Notes: generated from the sequence alone by a model not told the origin. DNA of 64,000 nt from an uncultured Ruminococcus sp. (GCA_964402055.1 CAYOAV010000003.1:5900-69899), one strand, 5' to 3'. Positions 48,902 through 58,553 are shown, counted from the stretch's first letter. Numbers and translations: made by a program.

Positions 48902-50542
48902 TTATTTTTGTATTCTTTTAAAAGCCTTTTTAAGCTCCTTATTAAGTCCGTCAGGATAATCTGTATAAAGTCCGAACGTTTCTGTACTATATCCGAAATA
49001 GTCGTAGCTGATACCGTATTTTTCACATATGGATATCATATCGCTTACCCATTCGATACCGCCTCTGCCGTCCTCAAAGCAGCTCTGTATAAGTCCAAAT
49101 TCGCCAAGGTAAAGAGGAGCATTCCGCTCCTTGGAAAGCTTTATATAAGCTTCAAAGCCTGATTCGAGATATTCCTTATCAAACGTGTCATAATTCTCAT
49201 ACAAAGCTCTGTCCATTCTTATCTGAATATTTCCACCTTCTGATTTGACATATCCCGAAACGATATATTTACAGCCTTTTTTCATTTCAACAGGACTGAA
49301 ATTATGAACATAATCTGCTTTTGAACCGCTTATTTTTAAGCAACCCTTTTCATTGTACCCATCTTCTGCGTAATACACCGTTGTACCGCTTCCGTCTGCA
49401 CTCCATGAACTGCCGTTTAATGCTCCGTCACTGAAATCAGCCTTGAAAATGACCTGCTTCTTGCCGTTTTTCGATATTTCCGTCACGGTTATATCATCGA
49501 AATATGCGGATTTTCCGTTGCCGAGTGCTGAAGCCATAACGACAGCGTTAAGCACGTTTGCATCATCTGCAGCTGTAAAGGCATTGCTCTCGTAATAAGT
49601 CCAACCGTCGCTCCGGGATTTCTTATTTCCCTGAGTAAGTCCGATCCATTTAATATAATCGCCGCCTATAATCTCTCTTGACGGATAACTCATAGTCCTG
49701 CCTGCCGTGCCTGCCCATTCCTGATTCTGATGTGTGTATGAATAAGTATCATATTTATGAAATTCATAGACTACATTATCATCATCTATTTTTGCATAAG
49801 CAGAATCGGGAGAATAATATGTCGTTTCGCCGTTATCATCAATGCTGTAGCCTATCGGTTCAACAAAAATCATCTGATAAGGTGCAACCTTTCTTACAGC
49901 CTTTGCAAGCCTGTTCATAAGCTTATTATATTGCTCAAGGGTTTTCTTCTCTGTTTCCAGCGTGGGAACGTTAGGTTCATTTATAAGACCATAACCAAGC
50001 ACTGTCGGTTCATTCGCATACCGTTTAGCTATTTTCTTCCATAATGCGGTAAGCCTGTCCTGACAGCTTTTATCCGTCCAAAGCTTCAATCCCTCTCCAA
50101 GCGACTGAAAACCGCCCTGAGGGCAGTGCATATTGATAATTATGCCGATATTGTATTTTTTTGCCCATTTTATATTCTTATCGAGCCAGTCAAAGCCGCT
50201 TTTCTTGTATGAATAAGGCTTACTGTCGTCTTCAAATGCCTGATAGCTTATATGGAAACGAACGCAGTTAAAACCCATTTCAGCAAGCTCTTTGTATGAT
50301 TTTTCATTGCTATACGTCATATCAGGATACGGCGAATATGCAAGTATATCATTAGTAAACGCTATTCCCTTCAAAAGCATCTTGTTTCCGTCCGTTCCAA
50401 TAATTTTCGTACCGTCCGTATGCACAAAATCAGCTGCTTTTAGCTTTTTAGAACTTTTTGCATATGCAACCATACTCATTGATGATAACATCATAACAAC
50501 AGCCGTCGTTAATGCAACCGCTCTTTTAAAAAGCTTTTTCAT
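48902..50542 (-). CDS. Secreted glycoside hydrolase family 5 enzyme with an internal CBM-like beta-sandwich segment
   Basis: 546 aa with a signal peptide (AVVMMLSSMSMVAYA). The GH5 acid/base motif is GLINEPN, then FHKY, and the nucleophile motif LYLGEFG lies about 280 aa after the acid/base. Confidence 0.85.
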   Translation of the reverse strand: MKKLFKRAVALTTAVVMMLSSMSMVAYAKSSKKLKAADFVHTDGTKIIGTDGNKMLLKGIAFTNDILAYSPYPDMTYSNEKSYKELAEMGFNCVRFHISYQAFEDDSKPYSYKKSGFDWLDKNIKWAKKYNIGIIINMHCPQGGFQSLGEGLKLWTDKSCQDRLTALWKKIAKRYANEPTVLGYGLINEPNVPTLETEKKTLEQYNKLMNRLAKAVRKVAPYQMIFVEPIGYSIDDNGETTYYSPDSAYAKIDDDNVVYEFHKYDTYSYTHQNQEWAGTAGRTMSYPSREIIGGDYIKWIGLTQGNKKSRSDGWTYYESNAFTAADDANVLNAVVMASALGNGKSAYFDDITVTEISKNGKKQVIFKADFSDGALNGSSWSADGSGTTVYYAEDGYNEKGCLKISGSKADYVHNFSPVEMKKGCKYIVSGYVKSEGGNIQIRMDRALYENYDTFDKEYLESGFEAYIKLSKERNAPLYLGEFGLIQSCFEDGRGGIEWVSDMISICEKYGISYDYFGYSTETFGLYTDYPDGLNKELKKAFKRIQK

Positions 50543-50548
50543 AATATT

Positions 50549-52336
50549 TTACTCCTCATCACTTGCATTTTTCGGAAGTGTTATCCTTACTTTTGTTCCC
50601 TTGCCAGGCTTACTGCTGAAAGTCAATCCATAGCTTTCACCGTGAAACATTTTTATTCGCTTGTTTACATTTGTAAGACCAATGCTTTTTCCTGACGAGG
50701 TATCATTTTCCTCCAGCTTCCAACGAAGCTCTGACATCTTATCATCGGGAATGCCTTGTCCGTTATCATCTACCTCGATAATTACATTTTCGCCCGAATA
50801 TTTAATGCTTATATCTATCCTGCCGTTGCCCTTGATACCCTCGATACCATGAACGAATGCATTTTCAACTATCGGCTGTATTATCAGCGGCAAAACGGGA
50901 TAGCTGCCGTCAATTTCATTTTCAATTGAATAGGAAACTCTGTCGCCAAAGCGTGCAGACTGCAATTCAAGATAGCTTTTTGTAAATTCCAGCTCCGATT
51001 CAAGCGAAACCATACTGTTTTTCACTTCAAGGCAACGGCGCATAAATTTTCCGAGCTTTTTTACAAGGTCAGCTGTTTCCTTATCGTTATTCACATAAGC
51101 CTTCATTCTTATTGTTTCAAGCGTATTATAGAGAAAATGTGGATTTATCTGGCTTGCAAGGGTTTTGAACTCGGCTTCCACCTGATTAAGTCTGAATGTT
51201 TCTGTTTGTATCTTAGCCTCATATGCTTCGTTCATAAGCTCCTGCATACTTTTTACCATTACCTGCAAATCGCCGTACAGCTCATTTATTTCATCCTCGC
51301 CGCTTATATTTTCATCAAGGTCAAAATCCCCGACAGCGACCTTATGCATCTGATCTTTAAGAAACTTTATTCTGCGGACAAAATAAGATGTAAAAAGCAC
51401 CGCTATAAGCATCGACAACAAGAAGCATGATGTAATATAAAACGTATATCCGAACGAAAGCTGCTTTGTCGCACCTGTTACAATAGCATAGGGCTTGACA
51501 AGATATATCTGAAAAAAGCTTCCTTTGTAATTAAAATTAGCCGCAACGGTATAACCCTTTTCCGTTAAGGGCGAGCTTTCCGTAAGCTCAACAGCTTCAA
51601 CCTCCTTTCCGTCAAGCTCAAATTCCGGAGTTGTAAAAACCTTTCCGAGGTCATATTCCGCCATATTACTGTAAAAAACCATTCCGTTCTTTACGGCGAA
51701 AATTACGTTAAAAACCTCTTCCTCCATAAGCGTTTCTATCCAGTCACGGTTTATATATACAACCATAACTCCGAGAGGTTCTCCGCTTTCGGAATATTTT
51801 TTTCTTATATAGCTAAGATAAAATTCTCCGTCCGATGGATTTTTAAGCACGCTCCACACAGGCACATCGGAAGACATTGCTTCATTGAACCAATTGGAAC
51901 CTCTTATCTGCGAGGTTATACGCTGGAACGAAATATTATACAAAAAGCCGTTCGGATCTTCGCCCATATCAACAAAAAAGGTTATATCTGAGATCTGTGA
52001 ATACACGTTGGTATAATTCTTAATAATGCTATGCTCGGCATAATATTCGAGATATTCGTTATGCGTCATACCGCTGTTAAGGATATAATTTATATTTTCG
52101 TCGTTATATATAACATCAGCCGCCGCAGAGGTAGTGAAAAGCGTATCGGAAAGTCTTAGCTTCAAGCTTTCAACGTCCTTATAGGCTTCTCTTACTGTGC
52201 TTTCCTGAAGAACGCCTATCGTGTTGCTTATAAGATAAACTCCTGCAACAAAAACAGGCACTATAACGACTATAAACATCGCAATAAGCTTTGTTTTTAT
52301 ATTGGTATTAAGAAATTTATCAATAAGCTTCTTCAT
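50549..52336 (-). CDS. Sensor histidine kinase, YesM/LytS-type (His_kinase plus HATPase_c) with an extracytoplasmic sensor domain and HAMP
   Basis: 595 aa with two TM segments flanking a sensor of about 270 aa. The H-box is QINPHFLYNTLETI and the ATPase region is DDNGQGIP...GLTNV. Confidence 0.85.
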   Translation of the reverse strand: MKKLIDKFLNTNIKTKLIAMFIVVIVPVFVAGVYLISNTIGVLQESTVREAYKDVESLKLRLSDTLFTTSAAADVIYNDENINYILNSGMTHNEYLEYYAEHSIIKNYTNVYSQISDITFFVDMGEDPNGFLYNISFQRITSQIRGSNWFNEAMSSDVPVWSVLKNPSDGEFYLSYIRKKYSESGEPLGVMVVYINRDWIETLMEEEVFNVIFAVKNGMVFYSNMAEYDLGKVFTTPEFELDGKEVEAVELTESSPLTEKGYTVAANFNYKGSFFQIYLVKPYAIVTGATKQLSFGYTFYITSCFLLSMLIAVLFTSYFVRRIKFLKDQMHKVAVGDFDLDENISGEDEINELYGDLQVMVKSMQELMNEAYEAKIQTETFRLNQVEAEFKTLASQINPHFLYNTLETIRMKAYVNNDKETADLVKKLGKFMRRCLEVKNSMVSLESELEFTKSYLELQSARFGDRVSYSIENEIDGSYPVLPLIIQPIVENAFVHGIEGIKGNGRIDISIKYSGENVIIEVDDNGQGIPDDKMSELRWKLEENDTSSGKSIGLTNVNKRIKMFHGESYGLTFSSKPGKGTKVRITLPKNASDEE

Positions 52337-53010
52337 ATTTCCGCCTCTTCTGACATTTTTTCTGCTTTAAGTAAAAGCTTATAGACAGGTGCAAGCTGTT
52401 CAAATTCATTTTTTATGAACGGAATAAGCCTGTCACTGAAAAGAAGCTCATAATCATTGCTTGAAGCATTGACCGAAACCGATTTTCTGTTCAGCCAGCC
52501 TTGTTTATCCTCATTTTCGTTTGGAAATCTGTTTTTCTTATACATTTCTCCGTCAAGATGATACTGCGGCGAGATTTCAAGCATATTTATCACATCAATA
52601 TACTCTTTTTCATCATCAAGAATCATTTTCCGCAGACCTTCCATAACCTTTGTCGGCGTCTGGTAATAACCGCAACCGTAAGAAAATCCAGTCTGCATTA
52701 TACAGAAATAAAAGGATAATGTATTGCCCATACGCTCTCTCGGTCTGCTGACGTTAAGCCAGATATGATCTCTGAAAAGCGACTTATCGTGCGTAAACCT
52801 TGTATCACGGCGAACTCTTGAAACGCATTTCGGAGTGCATACAAGCTCGCTGTCTATATTCTTGAAAACTGGTTCAAGCTCGGCGGCAAGCTCTGCAAAC
52901 GGCTCTGTTACAAACTTTTTATACTCTAGCTTTCGTTCCTCATAATATTCCTTGCTATCACGCAATTTAAGCTCAAAAAGTATATCTATAGATTCTCTTG
53001 AAAATTTCAT
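52333..53010 (-). CDS. DUF2461 (TIGR02453) family protein
   Basis: The ATG at 53010 has a GAGGAA SD. The track start is a TTG at 53034 inside the terminator stem. The central R-D-T-R-F pattern (RVRRDTRFTHDKSLF) is typical. Confidence 0.7.
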   Translation of the reverse strand: MKFSRESIDILFELKLRDSKEYYEERKLEYKKFVTEPFAELAAELEPVFKNIDSELVCTPKCVSRVRRDTRFTHDKSLFRDHIWLNVSRPRERMGNTLSFYFCIMQTGFSYGCGYYQTPTKVMEGLRKMILDDEKEYIDVINMLEISPQYHLDGEMYKKNRFPNENEDKQGWLNRKSVSVNASSNDYELLFSDRLIPFIKNEFEQLAPVYKLLLKAEKMSEEAEI

Positions 53011-53024
53011 AATTTTTTCCTCAT

Positions 53025-53060
53025 TAAAAAACAAACCCGTTTCTTCTAAAAGAAACGGGT
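53025..53060 (-). terminator. Intrinsic terminator after the tRNA-Gln pair
   Basis: The minus strand reads ACCCGTTTCT-tttaga-AGAAACGGGT followed by TTGTTTTTT. Confidence 0.75.
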
Positions 53061-53066
53061 CTTTAC

Positions 53067-53142
53067 TGGTTGGGGTGCAGGGATTTGAACCCCGGAAATG
53101 CCTGAGTCAGAGTCAGGTGCCTTACCGCTTGGCTACACCCCA
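53067..53142 (-). tRNA. tRNA-Gln (anticodon CTG), CCA encoded
   Basis: The reverse complement reads TGGGGTGTAGCCAAGCGGTAAGGCACCTGACTCTGACTCAGGCATTTCCGGGGTTCAAATCCCTGCACCCCAACCA. It shows a cloverleaf with a 7-bp acceptor stem, anticodon arm CCTGA-CTCTGAC-TCAGG and a GGTTCAAATCC T-arm. Confidence 0.9.
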
Positions 53143-53186
53143 GTATAAGCCGCCGATTACGGCGATGTAATAACGGCAACTTACCT

Positions 53187-53263
53187 TGGTTGGGATAGTT
53201 GGATTTGAACCAACGAAATGACGGAGTCAAAGTCCGTTGCCTTAGCCGCTTGGCTATATCCCA
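53187..53263 (-). tRNA. tRNA-Gln (anticodon TTG), CCA encoded
   Basis: The reverse complement reads TGGGATATAGCCAAGCGGCTAAGGCAACGGACTTTGACTCCGTCATTTCGTTGGTTCAAATCCAACTATCCCAACCA. The anticodon arm is ACGGA-CTTTGAC-TCCGT. Confidence 0.9.
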
Positions 53264-53309
53264 ATGTTGTTCTGGAAGATAATCAAGCTTATCGTCAAGC
53301 GACTATGTT

Positions 53310-53338
53310 ATTATAGCACCATAATCTCATCTTGGCAA
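53310..53338 (-). promoter_or_regulatory. Candidate promoter for the tRNA-Gln pair (TTGCCA-17 nt-TATAAT)
   Basis: The minus strand has TTGCCA (53338-53333), a 17-nt spacer and TATAAT (53315-53310), about 45 nt upstream of the first tRNA. Confidence 0.45.
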
Positions 53339-53395
53339 TACCTTTTTTGTATTTTCGGCATTTTGTACAAAAGTTTTTTTATCCTTTGTGCATTT

Positions 53396-53995
53396 TTACA
53401 TTTCGCTTCTATTTTCCAACGCTTTAAAAAGGGTCGTTTTATCTGCATATTCGACCATTGCACCAACAGGCAAACCAAAAGCAAGCCTTGTAACCTTAAC
53501 TCCAAGCGGTTTAAGGAGCTTTGAAACATAGACAGCAGTTGCCTCGCCCTCGACCGTGGGATTTGTTGCCATTATGACCTCTCTTATGCCGCCGTTATTA
53601 ACTCTTGCAAGCAATTCTTTAAGACGAAGCATATCGGGTGTTATACCGTCCATTGGAGAAAGCAAGCCGTGAAGAACATGATAAACTCCGTTATACTCAT
53701 TTGTACGTTCAAACGCTTCTATATCCTTCGGAGCTTCAACAACGCATACAGTACTTTGATCTCTCATATCATCGTCACATATCGGACAAAGCTCCTTTTC
53801 GGTAAAATTCGCACACACAGTGCAATACTTGACCTTATTATGAGCATTCATTATCGCATCAGAAAAAGCCTGTGCTTCCTCGTCCGTCATTGTCATAACA
53901 TAATAGGCAAGCCTTTGAGCTGATTTCATACCTATACCAGGAAGCCTTGCAAACTGCTCTGCAAGCAAGACAAGCGGAAGTGCTGTTTTTGACAT
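53396..53995 (-). CDS. recR: Recombination protein RecR
   Basis: 199 aa with an HhH N-terminus (LPGIGMKSAQRLAY), zinc finger CTVCANFTEKELCPIC and a Toprim domain. Confidence 0.95.
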   Translation of the reverse strand: MSKTALPLVLLAEQFARLPGIGMKSAQRLAYYVMTMTDEEAQAFSDAIMNAHNKVKYCTVCANFTEKELCPICDDDMRDQSTVCVVEAPKDIEAFERTNEYNGVYHVLHGLLSPMDGITPDMLRLKELLARVNNGGIREVIMATNPTVEGEATAVYVSKLLKPLGVKVTRLAFGLPVGAMVEYADKTTLFKALENRSEM

Positions 53996-54067
53996 AAAGC
54001 TATCCTCCTAATATCATTGAATAACGGGAATCCAAAAAGCTCGGATTCCCGTTTGTTTTCAAAAAAA

Positions 54068-54415
54068 TCAGAAAAGTCCAGGGAAGGAAACTCCGCCTGT
54101 AATAGCTCCCATTTCTGTTTCAGATGTAGCTTCAATCTGATGAACAGCGTCATTAAATGCACTAATAACAAGATCCTGAAGCATCTCAATATCGTCCTTA
54201 TCAACAACATCAGGCTTAATTGTAAGTGCTTTTATCTCCTTTTTGCCGTTCATAACGACCTCAACTGCACCACCGCCCGAGGTTGCGGTAAACTCTCTGT
54301 TTTCGATATCCTCCTGAAGAGAAGTGATCTGCTCCTGCATTTTCTGTGCCTGCTTGATCATTCCCTGCATATTCTGAGCTCCGCCGCCCATACCCTGTGG
54401 CAATCTTGCTTTCAT
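54068..54415 (-). CDS. ybaB: YbaB/EbfC family nucleoid-associated protein
   Basis: 115 aa with MQGMIKQAQKMQEQ... It lies between dnaX and recR as usual. Confidence 0.9.
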   Translation of the reverse strand: MKARLPQGMGGGAQNMQGMIKQAQKMQEQITSLQEDIENREFTATSGGGAVEVVMNGKKEIKALTIKPDVVDKDDIEMLQDLVISAFNDAVHQIEATSETEMGAITGGVSFPGLF

Positions 54416-54485
54416 AATAAAAAACTCCTTTTAATTGTAATTACACCGCAGTTCACGGTATAGATTTTCTATATCGGAACAGGAG

Positions 54486-56069
54486 CTACGACTGTTCAGT
54501 CGGTATCCCGTTATCCTTTGCTTTTTTTAATATTGCTTCAATTGAAGGACCTGCCTCTGCACTTTCCTTTTTTGCTGTACATTTTGCACGGATATTATAA
54601 ACCTTACCAGTAACCTTAAAAATAGCACCCTTAAGCTTTTCGGCATTATCCCCCGCTTTAAGAACGGACATAAAGAAGGAATTTTCCGAAAAAATTAGCA
54701 TAATATCTCCGCTTTCCAGTGCATAAGAACCGACAAGTGCCGCCGAACCTGACGGGCAAGCCGCTTTATACTCATCAAGAATATCCAGCCATCTATCAAC
54801 AGGTTTGAAGCTCTGTGTATCTGCTTTTTCCTGCGGTTCTGCTGTTTTTACAGACTGTGAAGAACGAGGTGCAGATGAAGCTGTCGGACGGTTTTGAACC
54901 TGCGGAACTTGTGCGTTTGCCAATTTCCGCTCCAACATATCAATTTTAGCATAAATTTCAGAATTGTCAATAGAATTAGACGAATCTGCTCTTTTTGTGC
55001 AGAGCTTTATCATACACATTTCTATTTCAACACGCTTTGACGGCACTCTGCCGATACGATTTCCTGTTGCTTGCAGGATTTCCAAGGCTGAAAAAATTTC
55101 GTCCTCGGACATTTTCTGCGAAAGCTCTCTGACCTGTTCCACTTCGCTCGGCAGACAATTCAGTACAGCTTCATCATCTGGAACGGCTTTGGCAAGCATA
55201 ACATTTCTTAACTGACTGATTATTTCAGAGCAAAGCTGCTGCATATCCTTTGAGGAATCGTAAAGCTCACCGACTGTTTTCACCGCTTCGGCTGTATTAT
55301 GCTCGGCAACAGCTCTGAGAATGCGGAAAACAGGACCACTTCCTGCTATTCCTGCCGCTCCTGCGGCAATTTCCTCGGTTATATTTTCAGAATAAGCTGT
55401 ACATCTATCCAGCAGTGACAATGCATCTCTCATACCACCGTCCGAAGCCTTTGCAATAAGCATAGCCGCTTCATCAGTTATTGCAAGCTTTTCCTGTTCA
55501 GCGACCCATTTAAGCCTGTCCGCAATATCACGGGGCTTTATCCTATGAAAATCAAAACGCTGGCAACGTGAAAGGATTGTGGGCAGAACCTTGTGAATTT
55601 CTGTAGTTGCAAGAATAAACTTGACGTGAGCAGGAGGTTCTTCCATAATTTTCAGCAAGGCATTGAACGCCGCCGGCGAAAGCATATGAACCTCGTCAAT
55701 GATATAGACCTTATATTTACAGCGTTCGGGCATATAGACAGTACCCTCACGCAGATCTCTTATATCCTCAACACCGCTGTTAGAAGCTGCGTCTATTTCA
55801 ATAATATCACCAAGCGAACCATCGTCAGCGTCACGGCATATTTCACATTCAAGGCAGGGGTTTCCGTCCACGGGGTGCAGGCAGTTCATAGCCTTTGCGA
55901 GTATTCTCGCACAAGTAGTTTTTCCCGTACCTCTTGAGCCTGTAAAAATATACGCATGAGCAGTTCTGCCCGAAATAAGCTGGTTGGCAAGCGTTTGTGT
56001 GACCTGCGGCTGAGATACTACATCAGCAAAGCTCAACGGACGATATTTTCTGTACAAAGCCTGATACAA
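54486..56069 (-). CDS. dnaX: DNA polymerase III subunit gamma/tau
   Basis: 527 aa. YRKYRP, Walker A GSRGTGKTT, zinc module CLHPVDGNPCLECEIC, DEVHML and SRCQRF are present. Confidence 0.93.
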   Translation of the reverse strand: MYQALYRKYRPLSFADVVSQPQVTQTLANQLISGRTAHAYIFTGSRGTGKTTCARILAKAMNCLHPVDGNPCLECEICRDADDGSLGDIIEIDAASNSGVEDIRDLREGTVYMPERCKYKVYIIDEVHMLSPAAFNALLKIMEEPPAHVKFILATTEIHKVLPTILSRCQRFDFHRIKPRDIADRLKWVAEQEKLAITDEAAMLIAKASDGGMRDALSLLDRCTAYSENITEEIAAGAAGIAGSGPVFRILRAVAEHNTAEAVKTVGELYDSSKDMQQLCSEIISQLRNVMLAKAVPDDEAVLNCLPSEVEQVRELSQKMSEDEIFSALEILQATGNRIGRVPSKRVEIEMCMIKLCTKRADSSNSIDNSEIYAKIDMLERKLANAQVPQVQNRPTASSAPRSSQSVKTAEPQEKADTQSFKPVDRWLDILDEYKAACPSGSAALVGSYALESGDIMLIFSENSFFMSVLKAGDNAEKLKGAIFKVTGKVYNIRAKCTAKKESAEAGPSIEAILKKAKDNGIPTEQS

Positions 56070-56092
56070 CGCTTACACTCCCTTTTTGATCA

Positions 56093-56953
56093 TTAATCAT
56101 TCTTCATTTCATCGCTTATCTTATCATATAAGCCGACGCTTTCCGCAATTTTACAATAATACTGTTTAAAGCCCTCAATATCGGAAAGATTTGAGATAAG
56201 TGCTTTTTTATACATTTCACTGCTTGCGGCAAGCTGCTTCATTCCAAGAAGAGCAAGCGAACAGCCGCCAAGTGCAAAAACAGTATTTTTATGTTCAATA
56301 ACAGATTTTTCAAACCAAGTCAATGCTTCATCATAATCGCCTTTTGCAAGATAGCACATTCCGTAATCGGTATAAATAAAATCAAAACGTGCATTTGTTT
56401 CCATAAGGTTATCATATATCTCAATTGCTTTATCATAGGAACGTGTTTCAACATAGCATCTTGCAAGCAGGACATCAACTGTTCTTGTTCTATCCTCAAC
56501 ACCAAGCTCGATAGCTTCACGGAAATAATTTATCGCATTGGTATCATATCCCATAAGGCGATAGGAATTTCCAAGATAAAAATCCACAACAGCCCTTTCC
56601 CTGTCAGTAAGCTCCAGCTCAAGTATATCCTTGAAATACTCAACAGAATCTGCAATTTCGCCGCATCTTACGCACTCCATACCCTCGCTGAAAAGACGTG
56701 CTTTTTTTGAAAAGCCTTTAAAAAGATCTCTTGCTATGTAGTGATCCATACCACGTCTTAACGCTTCCTTTGAGCTGTCATATGCAGTCACGACAGCCGC
56801 ACCTGCGACTGCTATTTCAGAAATAATAAAATAAAATATTCTCAAAACGCTATCAAATTCTATTGCAAAGAACGGATAGCATAAAAGCAGCATTATTGGA
56901 AAGACATTCAACAAATTACGCTTCACTTTTTTAAAGAAAAACCAACGATCCAT
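56093..56953 (-). CDS. Membrane-anchored TPR-repeat protein
   Basis: About 286 aa from the ATG at 56953. Two N-terminal TM segments are followed by several TPR-like repeats (GNSYRLMGYDTNAINYFREAIEL; YGMCYLAKGDYDEALTWFEKS). Confidence 0.55.
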   Translation of the reverse strand: MDRWFFFKKVKRNLLNVFPIMLLLCYPFFAIEFDSVLRIFYFIISEIAVAGAAVVTAYDSSKEALRRGMDHYIARDLFKGFSKKARLFSEGMECVRCGEIADSVEYFKDILELELTDRERAVVDFYLGNSYRLMGYDTNAINYFREAIELGVEDRTRTVDVLLARCYVETRSYDKAIEIYDNLMETNARFDFIYTDYGMCYLAKGDYDEALTWFEKSVIEHKNTVFALGGCSLALLGMKQLAASSEMYKKALISNLSDIEGFKQYYCKIAESVGLYDKISDEMKND

Positions 56954-56984
56954 CAAAAACTTCCTGACTTTTTAAAATAAAAAA

Positions 56985-57110
56985 ATCCGATACATAGGTG
57001 TGCAGGCTTGCTGCGGCACACAGAGCGAACCGCTTAATGCTGCTCGGTTCCCCGCCTGACATGGTTCACGGTGTTCTGTTGCACAGGGCCCACACACCTA
57101 TATATCGGAT
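56985..57110 (-). ncRNA. ffs: Signal recognition particle RNA (short, 4.5S-like hairpin form)
   Basis: The minus strand forms one long hairpin, ATCCGATATATAGGTGTG...CACACCTATGTATCGGAT, followed by TTTTTTT. The apical region GAACCATGTCAGGCGGGGAACCGAGCAGCATTAAGCGG matches the conserved SRP domain IV motif (GTCAGG...GAAGCAGC). It lies upstream of dnaX as in Firmicutes. Ends are approximate. Confidence 0.82.
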
Positions 57111-57179
57111 AATTCCAATCTACAGATAAACGTTATACACCAAACAGCATATTCACTCCTCCGTTTGGCTTACTTGAAC

Positions 57180-57208
57180 ATAATATCATAATTCACAAAA
57201 AAAGTCAA
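57180..57208 (-). promoter_or_regulatory. Candidate promoter for the SRP RNA (TTGACT-17 nt-TATTAT)
   Basis: The minus strand has TTGACT (57208-57203), a 17-nt spacer and TATTAT (57185-57180). This implies a 5-prime leader of about 60 nt before the SRP hairpin. Confidence 0.35.
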
Positions 57209-57361
57209 GCACTTTTATAAATTTTTACGATTTTAAAATCCTGCACAAGTTTATTAAAGCTTTTTTGTGCATTTTTTAATGCGAATTTAGCAAAAATAAA
57301 CAGTCAGATGTGCTATATTTTCACTATTTATACAGAAAATTTTTTCTATTAAAAATTACTA

Positions 57362-57390
57362 TTGAAATTTTTGGGGCAATGAGTTAAAAT
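57362..57390 (+). promoter_or_regulatory. Candidate promoter for the mcrBC-like operon (TTGAAA-17 nt-TAAAAT)
   Basis: TTGAAA at 57362-57367 and TAAAAT at 57385-57390, in a very AT-rich ORF-free stretch of about 400 nt. Confidence 0.35.
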
Positions 57391-57533
57391 ATTAAGTGTG
57401 TATGTTAAACGTTTTCTGTATCATTATCATACCGAATACACATTATCAAAAACTATAAAACTATTTATGCCATAAAATGGTATAAACCAAAATTGACAAA
57501 AACATTTATAGGAAGAAAGGAATTTTCATAGCT

Positions 57534-58541
57534 ATGGGTTCAAATATCATTCTTTACGGCCCTCCGGGAACAGGTAAAACCTATAATACAATCGCTTATG
57601 CGATATCTATTATCTACGGCAGACCTATCCGTGAGGTTATGAGTGAGGATTACGGAGAGCTTCTTGAAAAATATAATGCTCTTAAAACGCTCTATGGTCA
57701 GATAGAATTCACCACCTTCCACCAGTCCTTTGGATACGAGGAATTTGTCGAGGGTATCAAGCCTGTTTTTATTCAGGTTATGAACGAAAAGGGCGAGCGT
57801 TCCCGTAAGGAAGAGATGGTTTACAAGGTAAATCAGGGTGTTTTCAAGCGTTTCTGTGATGAAGCCGCAAAAAATCCGGGCGAAAAATATGTATTCGTAA
57901 TAGATGAAATCAACCGAGGCAATGTTTCCAAGATATTCGGTGAAATGATCACTATTATCGAGCCTACAAAGCGTCTTGGGCAAGCAGAGGAAGCAACTGT
58001 TAAGCTTGCATATTCGCAGGAAGCATTCGGTGTGCCTGATAATGTTTACATAATCGGAACTATGAACACCGCCGACCGTTCGATCGCAATGCTTGACTCC
58101 GCTTTAAGGCGACGCTTTGACTTTGTTGAAATGATGCCAAATCCCGAGCTACTCCGAGGTGTTGTTATAGAGGGAATTGACGTTTGCGAGCTGATGTATA
58201 AAATCAATAAGCGTGTTGAGATACTTCTTGACAGAGATCATACCATAGGACATGCTTATTTTATGCCGCTGAGAAGCCGTCCAAGCCTTGCGGTGCTTGC
58301 ACATATATTCAAAAACTCAATCGTTCCCTTGCTTCAGGATTATTTTTACGATGATTATGAAAAGATCCGTCTTGTTCTCGGTGACGCTAACAAGGAAAAG
58401 AACGAGCAGTTTGTTGTAAAAACAGACGTTGATTATGCACAGATATTCGGTGCTAATGCAGAGCTTTACCTTGAAAATGACGATATTTATACGATAAACA
58501 ACGCCGCTTTCGGCAACATCAACGCATATCTTAAAATTTAA
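57534..58541 (+). CDS. mcrB: McrB-like AAA+ GTPase, core domain only (no N-terminal DNA-binding domain)
   Basis: 335 aa. Walker A GPPGTGKT is at residues 9-16. FHQSFGYEEFVEG, VIDEINRGNVSKIFGE, the McrB-specific GTMNTADRS and ALRRRF are collinear with the C-terminal GTPase half of E. coli McrB. Confidence 0.85.
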   Translation: MGSNIILYGPPGTGKTYNTIAYAISIIYGRPIREVMSEDYGELLEKYNALKTLYGQIEFTTFHQSFGYEEFVEGIKPVFIQVMNEKGERSRKEEMVYKVNQGVFKRFCDEAAKNPGEKYVFVIDEINRGNVSKIFGEMITIIEPTKRLGQAEEATVKLAYSQEAFGVPDNVYIIGTMNTADRSIAMLDSALRRRFDFVEMMPNPELLRGVVIEGIDVCELMYKINKRVEILLDRDHTIGHAYFMPLRSRPSLAVLAHIFKNSIVPLLQDYFYDDYEKIRLVLGDANKEKNEQFVVKTDVDYAQIFGANAELYLENDDIYTINNAAFGNINAYLKI

Positions 58542-58553
58542 GGATAAATTTCA

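Noticed and set aside
57111-57180. Possible Alu-domain extension that would make the SRP RNA the long Bacillus-type form.
   Set aside because: The roughly 60 nt upstream of the S-domain hairpin contain only one small stem (CCAAACGG...CTGTTTGG). They show none of the conserved Alu-domain loops that I can recognise. I call only the short hairpin form. A covariance-model scan (Bacteria_small_SRP versus Bacteria_large_SRP) would settle it.
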